From assembly GCA_000165425.1 (NCBI GenBank), contig CT868010.1, positions 124,001 to 188,000 on the forward strand: 64,000 bases of DNA, in the 5' to 3' direction. The notes under the pieces were generated by a model. The model saw only the letters and a list, made by a program, of their open reading frames with translations, did not search any database and was not told the origin of the DNA. The translations under genes and the position numbers were made by a program. The DNA is from Paramecium tetraurelia (taxonomy: Eukaryota). Positions 27,643-41,583 of this stretch are shown here, one piece after another (positions within the stretch are counted from its first letter, which is position 1; each line of letters begins with the position of its first letter).

Positions 27643-28741
27643 TCAAAACCATTTCTTTAGTTTTCCTTTCATCCAAACTCCTTTCCTTTCATTCCCTTCC
27701 TTAGAAACAAATATCCCAATTCCATCTTACAATCCTTACTTCCATTGTCCCTTGTAACAACGACCATCACTATATAGCATTTCTCCATATCCATGTTTAA
27801 GTCCTTCCGAATATTGACCAGTATAGATTCGTCCTTAAAAATAAGTTAAATCAAAATTTATCGCATACCATCACCCCATTTCATCGTACCATTTCCGTGT
27901 TTGGTTCCATTTTTCCAATAGCCTTCAAAAACCATCTTCCTATCTGGCCATATCTACATTTAGGAATAAGATTTACAAATGATCCATAACCATGAAATTG
28001 ATCATTTTCAAATTCTCCTTCATAAACACAACCATCGGCTAATCTAATGATTCCAAGTCCATTTTTCATTCCCTCCTTGAATTTCCCTTCATAAATGGAT
28101 CTGTCATTGTATATCTCTTTGCCCATGCCGTGTTGTAATCCCTTTTTCCATTCTCCTAGTAAATAGTGACACATGATACCTTAGTAAATGCGACCATCTG
28201 AATAGACATACTCGCCAATTCCATGGAACATACTGTCAAGCCATGATCCCTTGTAAGTCTCTGTGCCATTGACATAGATGGCTTGTCCTTGGAGCTCATT
28301 GGAAGCCCACTAAGAAATATTATTAAAATATTACAGTTCCTTCGACATAGCTAAGAATAATAAATATATAAGATACTACCTATCTTGGAATGAATATTTA
28401 CCTTTTCCATTAGCTTTGCCATCCTTCCATTCTCCTTTGTAGATGGCTCCGTTCTTCATTAATATTGAAGTCGAATCGGAATCAGGGAGTTAATGGGTGT
28501 CGAAACAGAATTTGGATTGTTCCACTTGGGTTGGTGCTGAAGTCTCTGGGGAGTGCAAAGTGGTCATGAGGGATTTACGAACTTTATGACCTCTGTAGAG
28601 TGCTTATATGACAATGATTTTATTCTCATCGTAAGTGGGGGAGGGGTCTTCTTTGACGAGCATTTCAGTTTGTTTGTGCCCACTTGAATCCATGGTGGGT
28701 AGATCTTCAGTAGATTCTGGTAAGCTCTTGCAGATGCCCAT
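27643..28741 (-). CDS. MORN-repeat protein with an N-terminal MGxCxS lipidation motif
   Basis: Repeats of YxGEWKxGxxHGxG (e.g. IYEGKFKEGMKNGLG, VYEGEFENDQFHGYG). Starts MGICKS. Confidence 0.92.
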
Positions 28742-28934
28742 TTGGAATAGTGTTTTATCAAATTATTTTATATTACGAAAATCCTTATATATTCTAGACT
28801 AATGGGGGTGATCTGGGGAGGAGTACTGGGAATAATCTTGGAGGAAATGAGGAAATGGTGAAGATAAGTTGAAATTACTTAATGGGATCCTAATTTGTCA
28901 ATTATAATGTATAATCTAAATATTATATTTAAAC

Positions 28935-31900
28935 ATGTTTGCAGACCTCATTCAGCATATAAAAAATACAAGTCCATAATTTGTTATCGGACAATATGCA
29001 GACGCTTATGATAATTATAGCAGTTGGCGTATGTGCAAAGTGATCAATCTCTCAACTGATTCGGTCACAGTTCAATACGATGGGTGGAGCTAGAAATATG
29101 ATGAGACTCATAAACTTAAAGTAGGAAGGGTCGTGTATTTTAGATCACATACTGAACTCTACACAGGTGCTTAGAAGAGTGCGTCTCGAGAATTCTAAAT
29201 AACCAAAGAAGTGGATCACATTCAATAGGTCATCGAGAAAATGCAGAAGTTGATAGTAAGCAATTTTGCCAATGTCGAAGCACACGACGTCTGTCAATTT
29301 GTGAGAGGAGAACTCTATCTACTAATTGATAGTGTCATGCAAGAATAGTAATGCTACACTCAGGGAGAATTTAAAATGACTACAGATCTAATCGAGGCCT
29401 TTATACGATTCTTCGTCGAATGGGCAAATAAGATTTTGGAGAAAATCAACATCTATATCCAAGGCGTCCAAGCACACCCCCTAATTTATTATTTTCATTT
29501 GGACACCTGTCTAGTATCCTGTCATCCCGAGATGTTCGATACCCTCACCAAGATATTCAACGGAAGCGGACCCAGATGCAAGCGTTATTTCCAGAGCAAT
29601 GAATCCCAACTCTTGAAGATGTACTCTATCTCCGATCGACACTCCCAGAATGTCCAACAGGGCTTCTTCAAATATTTCCAAGATTAAAATGGCTTATAAG
29701 TAATCGAGAATTTGATAGCTTGGCAACACAGCGAAGGAGAGACCAAATAAAAAGTGCCTTTTGGAATAATCAAGAATATCCTACCCTTGGTGGAAAGTAT
29801 CTATAAGAGTTTCCCCACGAGCTAAAATAGACAAGAATGGCTACTCAAAATGAAAGACATGATCATCAATCGATTACACAAGTTGACAACTAATGATCTT
29901 AAGGAATCCAATCTAAATCCTGTCTTCCAGATTTTTAAGTTGATTCCGTAACAGTTCTCCTCCATCATCAACATCTCCTAAGAATGTGAAGCCACAGAGA
30001 TCAAATTAGCCATCACCTTAATAAAGTCATCCATTCTTGAGAAGAAAATCAAGGGTGTCAAGGAACTCACTGAAATAATTGACAAGGTGACAACTTCCAA
30101 GAACTCAATGATGTATCAGAGTATAACGAGCACCTATTTCAATCCGGATAGATTGGGCAAATTCCTTCAAGAAGAGAAAGTTTTCGACATTCTTCTCCAA
30201 GAAGCAGGACATGCCGAAGTCTTTAAGAGAGCAGCCCCTATTCTGAGATTTATGGTTGATCAAGTGAATTCAAGCACCAAGGATATCGAATAACTATGGG
30301 AGGCAAGTTAGATGAGACATGAAACAGAAGCTCAGAGTGTCTACGAAGTGATCAGTGATATTGCCAGAGTGATGAATCACGAATAAACAGAGATAATCTT
30401 TACTAAGTTGACAAATTTTAGTTAAAAAGACATAGATCTGAATTTGATCAATTTCATGAAGGATTTCACTTAGAGTGCCTAGAAGAATCCGATTTGGAAA
30501 AATAGAGCCATCTATACACTCAACATGATGTGGAATTTACTTTAAGACAAAAGCGATCTCAACCCTAATCTCCTTGAACCTCTAATGACTGGATTCATCT
30601 CATGTCTGAAATAGGAACGTGAGTAGTATTAATAACTGTGTTTGGAGAACTTGAGGAAGAGTTATTCATTCCCCTAATGTTTGCACATCCTATAAAAAAT
30701 CATTGAGAGTTATGGGTAAGGATAGGTCTACTTTTCAGTTTCCTCAGAGGATAACCTTAATAAAATCATGAAAGAACATTAAATGATTGATCTGATTGTT
30801 AAGAACCTTGAAAATTATAAAGCCAATGTAAATACTTGTTAAGATTGTTTTGCTATTCTGACTGGTAAAGTTGCACATGCTTAACGAATACAATACAAAA
30901 TGGATTTCCTTGAGTATATAGCTGCAAGTCCCAAGAAGTATGAGTTTTCACTTGAAAATTTTAAGAAATTATGGAATATCCTCATAATCAATCCTATTCA
31001 TGAAACTGATCGCAATCCCATGCTAGATTTCTTAGTTAAAGGAGGATTCAGAGTGAAAGAGGATTTATTCAAAAACATATTCTGCAACATCAATTATCCA
31101 ATCAAATTATGCTATAGGAGTATCGAAAAGTACTTTATGCAATTAAATCAAAAAAATGGCTCAATCAATTGCTAAAAGTCTTAAATCCGAATCATAAAGT
31201 ACGATCAGATCATTGGTATAAATTTCTTCTTCGATGTGGTCTTCAATTATCCAGATGCAGATTAAGCCATCTAGACTCTGTTATAATTGCACATGAGAAC
31301 AGAGAAAGCAAATTAAGTGGATTAGAAATTGCAAATGTGGAACTCTCTGCTTATGAAATGCAAAGAAGCTCTGAAATAATCCAATAACAGTTAAGTGTAA
31401 GTCTAAAATGTGATTAAGTGTCTCAAAGATCTTGTGACTGGAATCGAAGGGAAACAATACTTTAATACGAGTAGTCCAGCTATCACTTTCACCAAGTTCT
31501 AAGTCTAATTGGGCAAGGATGAAAAAACCTTAAAAGAAGTATCTCTCCCTTCTAATTCCACTTTGTTAGCAGTGAGAAAAAATTTGAATCAACTTTACAA
31601 TTTCAATCAATAAGACTACGATATGTTTTTGGCTAATCATGATATGAAGATCAATCAAGACAATGAAGAAGATTTGACAATCAGTTTGTTTGAGGAATCC
31701 AAATCGAGAGATAAGCCAGACATCATTCTGTAGAATATCAGTCAGAATATGAATTCTTTGTGTTTGAGCATTCGTAAATTTAAGGCTACTTTGAGTAGCA
31801 ATACAGAATTATCAGAGATATTGTTTGATTTGTTGTAATCTGAGAATTATGAAGACATATGGGAAGTATTGACATTGATGCCACAAAATAAGCAAATAAA

Positions 31901-34900
31901 AGATAGATTGGATAGAGGAGGTTCTGATGAGGAGTCATGGAGCAAGATCTTGTACTTCAATTGCAATAAGAAATTGTTATATTGCTTGCAAATATATGAA
32001 ACTATGATATTATAGGATAAGAATGTATTACAATATTTTTTGAAGACTAAAGGATGTCAGAGTATTATCAATTATTATCTGAAGAGACAGGAGAATGAAT
32101 TTACTAATCTATTCAATTTGAAATGTTTTGCACAGATTGCTAAAATTATAGGGATCTGCAGTATTAAGGATTAAGAAATCAATAGGAAATGTGTCAAATA
32201 CATCATATATTCCTTGTAAAAAATAGAAAATAAAGTATACTAAGACCCTTCTGCAATTCAGAGTTTTCTGTAATACAACTTTAGAATAGCCTCAACTGAG
32301 AATGTGGGCGACATAGAGTAGATGAAAAAAAGCTTAATAGAATTGGTAGACCCTTAGATCAGAAAGACTTTGTGCCAATAATTGATTGATTTGAAGCCAC
32401 TCCATAAGCATTTCTAAAATTTGGGTGACAATTTGTAAGATGTCATGAAACTGAAAAATTAGGCTGAATAATATTTGGAATTGTACGCTGGAGTTTTAGA
32501 ATAGACAAACAATAATGATTTAACAAGGATTACTCAAAGATTGCCTTAAATATTGATTAGTTTCTTGTAAGAGGAGGAGACTGAGAAGATACTCCTATAG
32601 GCATTCAAATTGATATGCATTTTGGTGACAAAATGTTAAGAATCGTTACTAATGATAACAACAGATGATTAATTGGCTGATGCAATAATTAGCAGTCTAT
32701 TTCAATTAAATGGGAAAACACTACAAAGTCAGGACACAAGAAAAGCAGGGTATGAAATAATTTAAAAGTTATTCGCCAATTAGAAATTGATGTTGATTTT
32801 CGAACAGTATTTTTCTTGTGCCTTTTGGAGAACAAGTTCAAACACAAATTGGAATATCGTGTAAACATAATAGAGTAAGAGTCAAACTGGTTTCGTTGGT
32901 TTACGTAATCTGGGATGTATTTGTTATATGAATTCATTAATGCAATAATTATTCACCTTACCTAATTTCAGGGAAAGCATTCTATCCCTGAACCTTGAGT
33001 AAGGATAACAGACCGTTGCATATCAATTTTAACTTTTACTCTCCGCATTAAAGAATTCATAAAAGCAATTCTATGATCCTACTAATTTTTGCAATGTGCT
33101 TGGACCAAATTATAAACCAATCAACTTTTATGAATAGATGGATGTTGATGAATTCTTCTTGTAACTCATGGACAAATTGGAACTCGAACTCAAACCATTA
33201 AAGAGAGATATAATTGTACCAAAGAGTTTTGGTGGATTTATGAGTACAGAATTTATAAGTAAAGGATGTTAACATCAATCTTCAAGAGAAGAATTATTCT
33301 TGGCCCTTTCATTGCAAGTCAAAAATAAAAAGAACATTTATGAATCCATGAAGATGATGACTGATGGTGAAATGCTTGAAGGTGATAATGCATACATGTG
33401 TGAGAAATGCGAAAAGAAGGTGCCAGCTCTAATGAGAGTCTGCATTAAGCAATTGCCTAATGTATTGATCATGGTGTTAAAGCGTTTTGAGTTTAATTAT
33501 GAAACCCAGTAGAAGTTTAAGTTAAACGACTATTACGAATTCCCAACTCAATTGAATATGAAGCAATTCACCAAGGAGTACTTATAGAAGCAAGATTTTC
33601 AAGACGTCGAAGATGCCGATAGACTCATTGTGACTGAGTATTCGGATGAATATTATGATTACCACTTGAGAGGAGTGATTATTCACGTCGGTACTGCTGA
33701 TCATGGACATTACTATTCATTAATCAAAGATGCTCAAACTAATAAGTGGTATGAATTCAATGATATTCTTGTTAAACCTTTTGAGTTTGGAGATTTGGCA
33801 ACTGAAGCATTTGGTAATGATGACAAGGGTAGAAGCAATTAATTATTAAGTCGATCTAAAAATGCATATATGTTATTTTATGAACGCAAGACTTATTTTG
33901 ATGAAAATGGCAAGCCATTGAAGAATGATTAGGAATTACGATGGTTTTTCAATAACAATAAAAATGAAAAGTAAAATGATGAAATTCTGATTGATAATAT
34001 TAAGTTTTAAATCAGTTAGGTTATGTTCGATGAATCCTTTTTTGAGTTCAGTTGTGCTCTATTGGATGAGGGATCATAAATTCATATCGGAAGATTCTGC
34101 TTATAATATTTCCTCACTGTTGTCATCCGTTTCTAAGAGAGAGGACAATTTGTGCCAAGATATTTGGAAAAGTTAAAATTAATAACCAGGAATTCAGTTC
34201 AATTGGCAAATGAATTTCTGGTTTCTATTCAAAATGTTGATGTTCTAAATGAGTTGATCCTCTAAAATCCCATCCAAGACATGAGAGTAATTATAGGTGG
34301 TCTGATCAACGATGCCATCAAGTGTCTTATGGACAATGAAAAGTTCGCCTCATATAAAGAATTCAAGCAAAAGAGCAACTTAATTCAACTGACCCAATCT
34401 ATGATTCACTATATCTAGAATAGGAAGAACTCTGATTAAATCCAAAGGATTATCTACCAATTGTCATTGAATGATTTCAGCAAGACATACTTACGAGAAC
34501 TGAAATTCGTAGGGAGAATCTTCCTATACTTTTTAGATGAACCACCTGTTGGCGCTGGTTACATTGAAATTGCAGATCCCAATGTCGAATAAAAATTACT
34601 CAAGATCAACAAATAATATATTAGGAATGAATAGTAAAATCCACAAATTTTGCAATAGTAAGAGAATCTTAAATTTGACAATCTATACATTGATTACTCC
34701 TACTTGGTTATGGCTCTTAATTAATTGATCTACTAGGATGATGACGAATTGTGCATGCTCGATGATCCTCTGCTCTTTAAAAGACTCCTCAGCATTACAT
34801 TCACGAGACAAGCAAGGTTGGCTTTGAAGGAGGCAATACAGAAATATATACGACTAAACAACAACCCTTGGGATCAAAGTCTAGCAGTTGTGTAGACACT

Positions 34901-35685
34901 CTATGAACACATGAAGGATTGCGATGAGAAAGACTTAAAAACAGCCTTGATCGTACTTAAAGGAATAGGTGAAATCGATGATGCATACAACGAATAAAGA
35001 GTACATTATAAATTTCAATTTAGTTAACTTTGGTGGCTGAAGCTTATATTTCTGCTTTGAAAGACAACCTGGGTTACTGGTATTACACATCGATTATGTT
35101 TGATTATGTAATAAAGGTAATTGCTTATTATCATACTCCACTAGATCTGCACAAGATTGAATTTTCAGAAAGCTTTCGCTGAAGTCTTGAATCGAAATAA
35201 AGGGGTCTTGAAATTGATGTACCAGTGGCTAAAAGAATCATAGAATCCATTTTAAAACTTCTCATAATAAAGGGTATATATGATCGATAATTATTTTACA
35301 GTGGAAAGTCTTTAAAAAGAGACAGATGAATGTGTTGGCTTAGGATATAACTGAAAAACTGAATAAATTCTAGGCCTTGTCCTAAAAACGAATAGAGTCA
35401 CTTGAGAAAATCATGAGTCAATAAGTTGTGAATAGTAGTGGTTATGATTCTGATACAGTTCCTAATCTTGAATAATAGGTTGATGTCATCATCCCAGCAA
35501 GAACATACCTCAATAACTTCGAGACTTGTGGCTATTCAACATGGACAATCGGAATCAATTTAGGAGATATGATGGAATTAAGATAAAACAATATGATTAA
35601 ATGGGTTTTCAGTACGGATTCATCACTTGCACCTCCCAACACATAGACACTAAAATATGAAAATCATGTTTCCTTTATGAAATGA
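28935..35685 (+). CDS. Large ubiquitin C-terminal hydrolase (USP9X/24/34-like) with an N-terminal Tudor-like domain
   Basis: Cys box GFVGLRNLGCICYMNSLMQQL, QMDVDEF, LEGDNAYMCEKC, LKRFEF, His box GVIIHVGTADHGHYYSLI, NAYMLFYER. First exon about 6 kb. Confidence 0.93.
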
Positions 35686-35698
35686 TCAATAAATATCA

Positions 35699-38600
35699 TC
35701 ATTTAATTAAATCATCTAAAGCTTGGTTAAATTCGCTGGGCACAACCGATTTGTATGGATACAAATCAACCGCTTGTTAATTCTACTCTTCAAATTGTTA
35801 TTATAACAAACTCTTGATCTCAGGCTTAATCGTATTTAAATATTCTTTAGTTTTTGTAGACATCTCCAGAGACAACTTTGGTTGGTTAAAGAAAATCAAA
35901 TAATTTTAAAACTTTTTAATCGAATCTAAATGTGTTAATGTTATATTGTACTAATTAGGTCAGCACTTTTAACTTGTATGTCCTTAAGGAATTCAATCAA
36001 ATACTCTTCCTCGACAGGGGAACCTTCCTTGATGTTTCTATTCAAAAATGACTTCTCCTTAGGCTTTCTCTTTCTAACACCAGTAGTCACAGACATTGTG
36101 TAGGATGACTTTGACATTCCTGATTTCCCACTTACATCACTCATCTAATCGAAATCAGCATTAACTTAGGATGGTGCCAAAATACCATGTTCTTTCTTCT
36201 ACTCTTAGACTATTCTTAATCTCTCTAATTTTTAAATGAACAAATGTTGTTAATTCAACAAATGGTTCACTTTCAAAGAGAATGCCAATTATAAATGATC
36301 ATCAATATTTATTTATTTGTGTCTTAAACATTAGGCTACACTTTCCCACTCTTCTGCTTTACAATAATAATGAATAGCTTATTCATGATTCTTCAAATAT
36401 TCTTAAATTTATCCACAATCCTTCCATCTTCCAGCTGCCAATAAAATCTAATTGTAGTTTAACAAATAATCCTCCTTAGGATCAAAAGACAGAATTCTTT
36501 TAGTATCTAATATTTCAGAAGATGCTTAAACTGCCTTTTCATACAATCCAGCACTTTCATAAGCCAATGATGCTTGATGATATTGCTTTTAATTATTTAG
36601 ATAGTCTCCCAAAGCTTCCTTCACTTTCCTCATCATTACCTAATCATTTCTATACACTTCCAATGCTATTCTAAATCTGCTTTGTTTTCTGATCAATTCA
36701 ATAGATTTTTGTTTCTATTCCTCATTCCCTTCTGACAACACTTTGATAGCCTTATCGTAATTCTTCAATTCAATATGAATGGTGGACTTCATATCGATAG
36801 GATCCTTTATTTGTGAGTATCGTTCCAACATAGGCAAATATTCTTTAGGATCCTTCTAAGTGAATTAAGCAACCTATTTGACCAAATCGAAATCATATGT
36901 TCCTAAAGCTACCTCAAACATCTTATTAGCATCTGCTAACCAACATATGTATTCCAAGACTTGCTCTGACTTAATTTTATTGTGCTTTCTATTATATAAT
37001 TGATATTGTACTTGTAAGGCTTTTGTGTGGCAGGATTCAAATGGGGTGGCACTTCCTCATGATGCTGCTCTAATTGTCTCAGTTTCAAGGTCTTCAATAG
37101 AGCATCTTCTACTTCACTGGGCTCCTTCTTTAACATTGCTGTCACTATGGTGAGAATGTGAGTTTCCCTAAATTCAAAGATATAAAATACTCCTTCATAT
37201 TGTCAATCAACTTTTAACAGACATAATTAATTTTGGATGTTCCCAAGGTTTTATCCACTATTAACACCTTCTGATGTTTGTACTGTTCAGCTGTCAAAAC
37301 ATAAGGAAGTTCGAAACTTATTTCATTATTTAGAGATTGGATAAAGAGTTATAGATACTGTTCTGATAGTTATTCTACGATCTAGACATCCAATTCTCCA
37401 GAGAAATCAAACATCAAATTCATGTCTAGTTTATGTTTTCTGATCATTTCAAAGCAAGTCTTATATTGCTTATTATCATATAGTTGTTTGCAGAGATGCA
37501 GAGCCATGACTCTTGGTGCTGTTGTTTCTAAATTTCCTCTTGGAATTTAAACAATAAGTCTATCCAAGGAAACAACGGCTAAGATCTTAGCTCCTCTCTC
37601 TATGTTACTAATATTCAAACTTTTTTTATCAATTGAAATAGGCTTATTAAGATCTAGTATATATAAATTATGAAATTGATCAGTTGTGTTAATAGTAAAT
37701 GCTAGAAAATGATCAAAAAATGCAAATGATGTACACTCATTAGTGACTAGATGATTGTTTAATGTTAATCTACTATTAGACTTCAAACAACCAAGCCATT
37801 CATTATGCTGCTGGATCTTGACGTCATATACATTTTATTCTTTATTGGCCAGATCGAATTCACTTAAGCTTTCCTCTAGTGATTGATCATATATAAACTT
37901 TTCTCCAAATCTTGAATGTAATATAATCTAGTGACCCTTTTTAGTCAATGCTGAAATCTATGTTGGTTAAGAGAATTCTTTTCTCCATATATTTATAATC
38001 TCAAAAGTTGGTGAGATTACAACATCAACTAACTTATCACTTTCTGCCTCGTGCACTACAAAAACAGCATGACCAAAAATAACATCTTATTATTTATCAG
38101 AATAGCAAATCAATTTATGAGCACAATCGATATCCAACTTCACTTTACCCAACAGGTTAACATTATCAAATATACTCAGAGTTCCATCGTATGAATAGAT
38201 ATAAATAAATTAGTCATAATACACTAAATCTATTTGACTGTCCACCTTTAATTAATAATGACATAAGGGTGGTGGAATGACTCCCTTCTTATAATCACTG
38301 ACTAATAAGGTATCATAATCAGTAGATAAACCTATTGAAGTATTGTTAAAATGATAATTGAGCCAAAAGATATTCATACTGTTCTCATTAAATACCACTA
38401 AAGTATTGTTCTCAATAAATGTATAATCAATTAGTTTCTCAAATTTAAATGCTTTTTTTGCATACCATTTATAATTTTATCTTAAATGAACTGTTATTCT
38501 GTCACCTTGTTAAATAGCCAAAATGATTCCGTCTGGACTCCATTTGATATTTGTAGAATCCTCAAAAATGTTGAATTCCAAATGTCTCAAACCATTCTTC

Positions 38601-39368
38601 TCCCAAAATATCACTTATTTATCTTGAATACCAGCAATGAATTAACTATTAGGTTACCATGAAACTGTATTTACAAGATTCCTAGGCTTTTCAAAGATCG
38701 CCTAAACTAATCCTCCTTCAGGGTCTGACTTACTTGGACTTCTGAATTTTTCCAATTATACATCATAAGTCTCACATACTCTACCTTCTTGAATCGCGTA
38801 GTTTAATGAAAAAAACTAATTCATATTTACAAAAGCTTATACTTTTCCATCGTTTTTAAAAGAGATCGATACCAATTGATCAAGAATTCCCTCGATATTG
38901 ATTTCCTTTGTTGGTTCTAATTGCACATCAAAGCTCACCAACTTTCCATCTCCGCAAACAACAACTAGTTATTCCTGATTGGGATTCCAAGCTGCTCCCA
39001 ATACTCCACACTCAAACTATCCAACCACTTCTGCTTCCTCTTTATACACTTTGACTATAGCTCCATCTCTATAAACTATTATTAATTGATCATTTTCCAT
39101 CAAATATTGGAATGACAAGATTTTAGAATTATTCTAAATTTGAGCACCCACTTTGTAAGTTGTTTATATCTAAATATTAATCATATCAAATACGCTTAGT
39201 TATTTATTATTGTATTCGTATTTGATAATATTGGATTCCTTATCAATAACATACAGGACTTTCGATAATTCATCAAAGGTAAACGCTAATGGTTGTGAGA
39301 TTTCATAACTAATCAAATAATTGTCAATCTTTGTACCTTTGTTAACATTGTATTTATATTTCTTTCAT
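35699..39368 (-). CDS. ELP1: Elongator complex protein 1 (IKI3/IKBKAP family)
   Basis: WEKNGLRHLEF, VIPPPL, QIPRGNLET, ALGTYDFDLV...QKDPKEYLP, and the basic C-terminal RKRK...EGSPVEEEYLI. Confidence 0.92.
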
Positions 39369-39533
39369 TAATTAAAAAAATAATTAATTAATTAAATACA
39401 AATAGTATATTATTTTTAATCATTAATTTAGAGAAGAGTTATGTTATTTTGAGATATTCAAAGATGCCAAAAATGTTCTAAGTTATGAATTTCAAATATT
39501 ACCATTTTTCAATAATTTTAATAATAATATCAC

Positions 39534-40070
39534 ATGCCATTGGTTGCAATTTTTGTGGTATTTAAATTTGTGATTAAAAACATAAAATCCTAGAGTTTGT
39601 CTTATATGAACATTAATTTATTTTATGATAGTTCTTCATTTGTTGATTTCTTTGAATGTTATATGATTTTTACTAAAAAATGCTTAAATGCTCACATTCT
39701 TGCAATATGTACTTGTCTCTATCCGTTTAACCTTACGAAGAAACTAATCAATCGAAGGCATCACGATAGAAACAAAAACATTTATGCGGTATAAATTAAT
39801 TCTATAAAATATAGTCTATATAGATAAAATCAAATAGACCATAACGAAATATCTAAATTTGTATAGACTATGAATTAGTTGAATCTCTTTACATTATAAT
39901 TTGACATGATAAAAGGAATGGAATATTTATAACATATTATAGATGCCTAAAACACTAGAATCTTTATGTTTGATTAGCTGATTAACTGGCAGAGTGAATA
40001 TGACAAATGTTCAAAGGTTAATACTAAAAAAATTGTGTAGGTATTATAATATTAAAATAATTCATTCAAC
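39534..40070 (+). CDS. Hypothetical protein; boundaries uncertain
   Basis: Open code-6 frame from the ATG at 39534 with no recognisable domain. The 3' end is unclear and would overlap the next gene. Confidence 0.3.
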
Positions 40071-40083
40071 TCATAATATATAT

Positions 40084-40821
40084 TCAATTCAAAGTTGATT
40101 TAAATCTTATTGATGGCATCAATTTATCAGAAGTCTTCGAATACTTTGATAATTTATGATAAGGTTTGATTAGAAATCCTGCTGGAGGGGATTTTTCTGT
40201 TTTTTACCTTCTCAGGTCAATAGATTGCAATAAACCTTTGGATTCATAAAATTTTTAAATCGCTCTCCCTTTTCTTGACATCTCATGTTTAATTAGAAAA
40301 GGAGATATACAAGAACATTTGAGTTTTGTATCTCTTTTAGAACGAGAAGTTATTGCTGATTATTCAATTAGGTTATGGTCCGATATTTCTTTAAAGACTC
40401 TGCCAAGTTATTTTTTAACGATAAAATTCCTGAAAGAGTCCTAATGTAGTGCTTATCTTTGAGGTATCTTATAATTTGTTGTTTATTGAAAGTTTGTTTG
40501 ATTCCCACAGAGATTGCAATTACAACTCTTTCTTCTTTTGATTTTTTTTCCCGTGTCCATCTTGTAAGCATTGGGTAGGTGAAAACTAGTTGATATTTGT
40601 TTTTTGATTTAGGTTAATTATTGAGATGTTAATTGAGCAGACTTAAGATGCTACTGAACTGTTAAAGGGGTGTTGAGGAAGAGTGATTGGAGACGTGTGA
40701 GTTTGCCACATTAATCACAATAGCAACTTGCTCTTCTTTATGTATATGGGGATGAAGGAATGAATGATTATTTTAGAGTTGTTTTACGCAGAAGATTTCG
40801 TTATTATTTTATGATCAGCAT
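40084..40821 (-). CDS. Orphan basic protein B with two RRxSCxCxxCG motifs
   Basis: Intronless 245-codon frame MLIIKQQRNLLRK...RRASCYCDQCGKLTRLQ...RRKSCNCNLCGNQTNFQ...STLN*. Confidence 0.7.
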
Positions 40822-40847
40822 TAAAAAATAGTTTTATAATAATCGTT

Positions 40848-41492
40848 TCACAATTATTTCTTAATCTATCTGCACGAGAAGTCTTTGATTGCAGGAAGAA
40901 CAATCTGACTCAAACTCATGCATTCAGTTCTAAGTCTACGATGTTAAACATCAATGTTTCTTAAACTCATCATTTAATTTTTTTATTAAATCAATTATCT
41001 TGGATCAATCCTACTTCTGCTTTGCATTTGTTCGAGTTGGATTGTTCGACTGTGTGTTAAATTTTTCCTTTTAATTACAAAAAGCTTTCTGGATTTTTTC
41101 TATTTTTTAAAAGGGACATCTTTATGTTTGATTTGAAATTATGACATTGGCCCACATTCTGAACAGGTACAACTGTTTCGCCTGGGCCTTTGGTCTTAAT
41201 TTTTATAAAAGGAAGGTGTTTGGCTAATAGATGTGGACATGGTTCTTGAATTTTTACTGATTTATTATTTTTCATCAGTCTGGGTTTTCTATAATTCTAA
41301 TTCTTTTTTGGATTCATCAATTTAAATTTGGAGTGGCACCCATCCGTTATTTTAATGAATTTGTTAAAACTGACTAAGTTTACCACAATTATCACAATAG
41401 CAAGAACGTCTTCTTGTTACAGTTTGGTTTTTGTAGAGTTGAGAAAGATCTGGATATTTTTGTTAACTAGTCCTACGCCATTTAGCATACAT
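40848..41492 (-). CDS. Orphan basic protein A with two RRxSCxCxxCG motifs
   Basis: Intronless 214-codon frame MYAKWRR...RRRSCYCDNCGKLSQFQ...RRNSCTCSECGPMSQFQ...KKQL*. Confidence 0.7.
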
Positions 41493-41583
41493 TAATTTGG
41501 TATTTAGTTTAAATAAGAAATATTTATGTAAGTAAAGGAAATTATTATTAAGAATTTATAAATCACAATTGCTTATTATAATT

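Noticed and set aside
28800..28860. Telomeric repeat or G-quadruplex
   Set aside because: There is no tandem TT(T/G)GGG array, and only three runs of three or more G.
40848..40960. Single spliced or frameshifted gene joining all four Cys motifs
   Set aside because: No typical-size GTA..AG intron gives the needed phase. Two genes with parallel architecture and a 26-bp AT-rich gap fit better.
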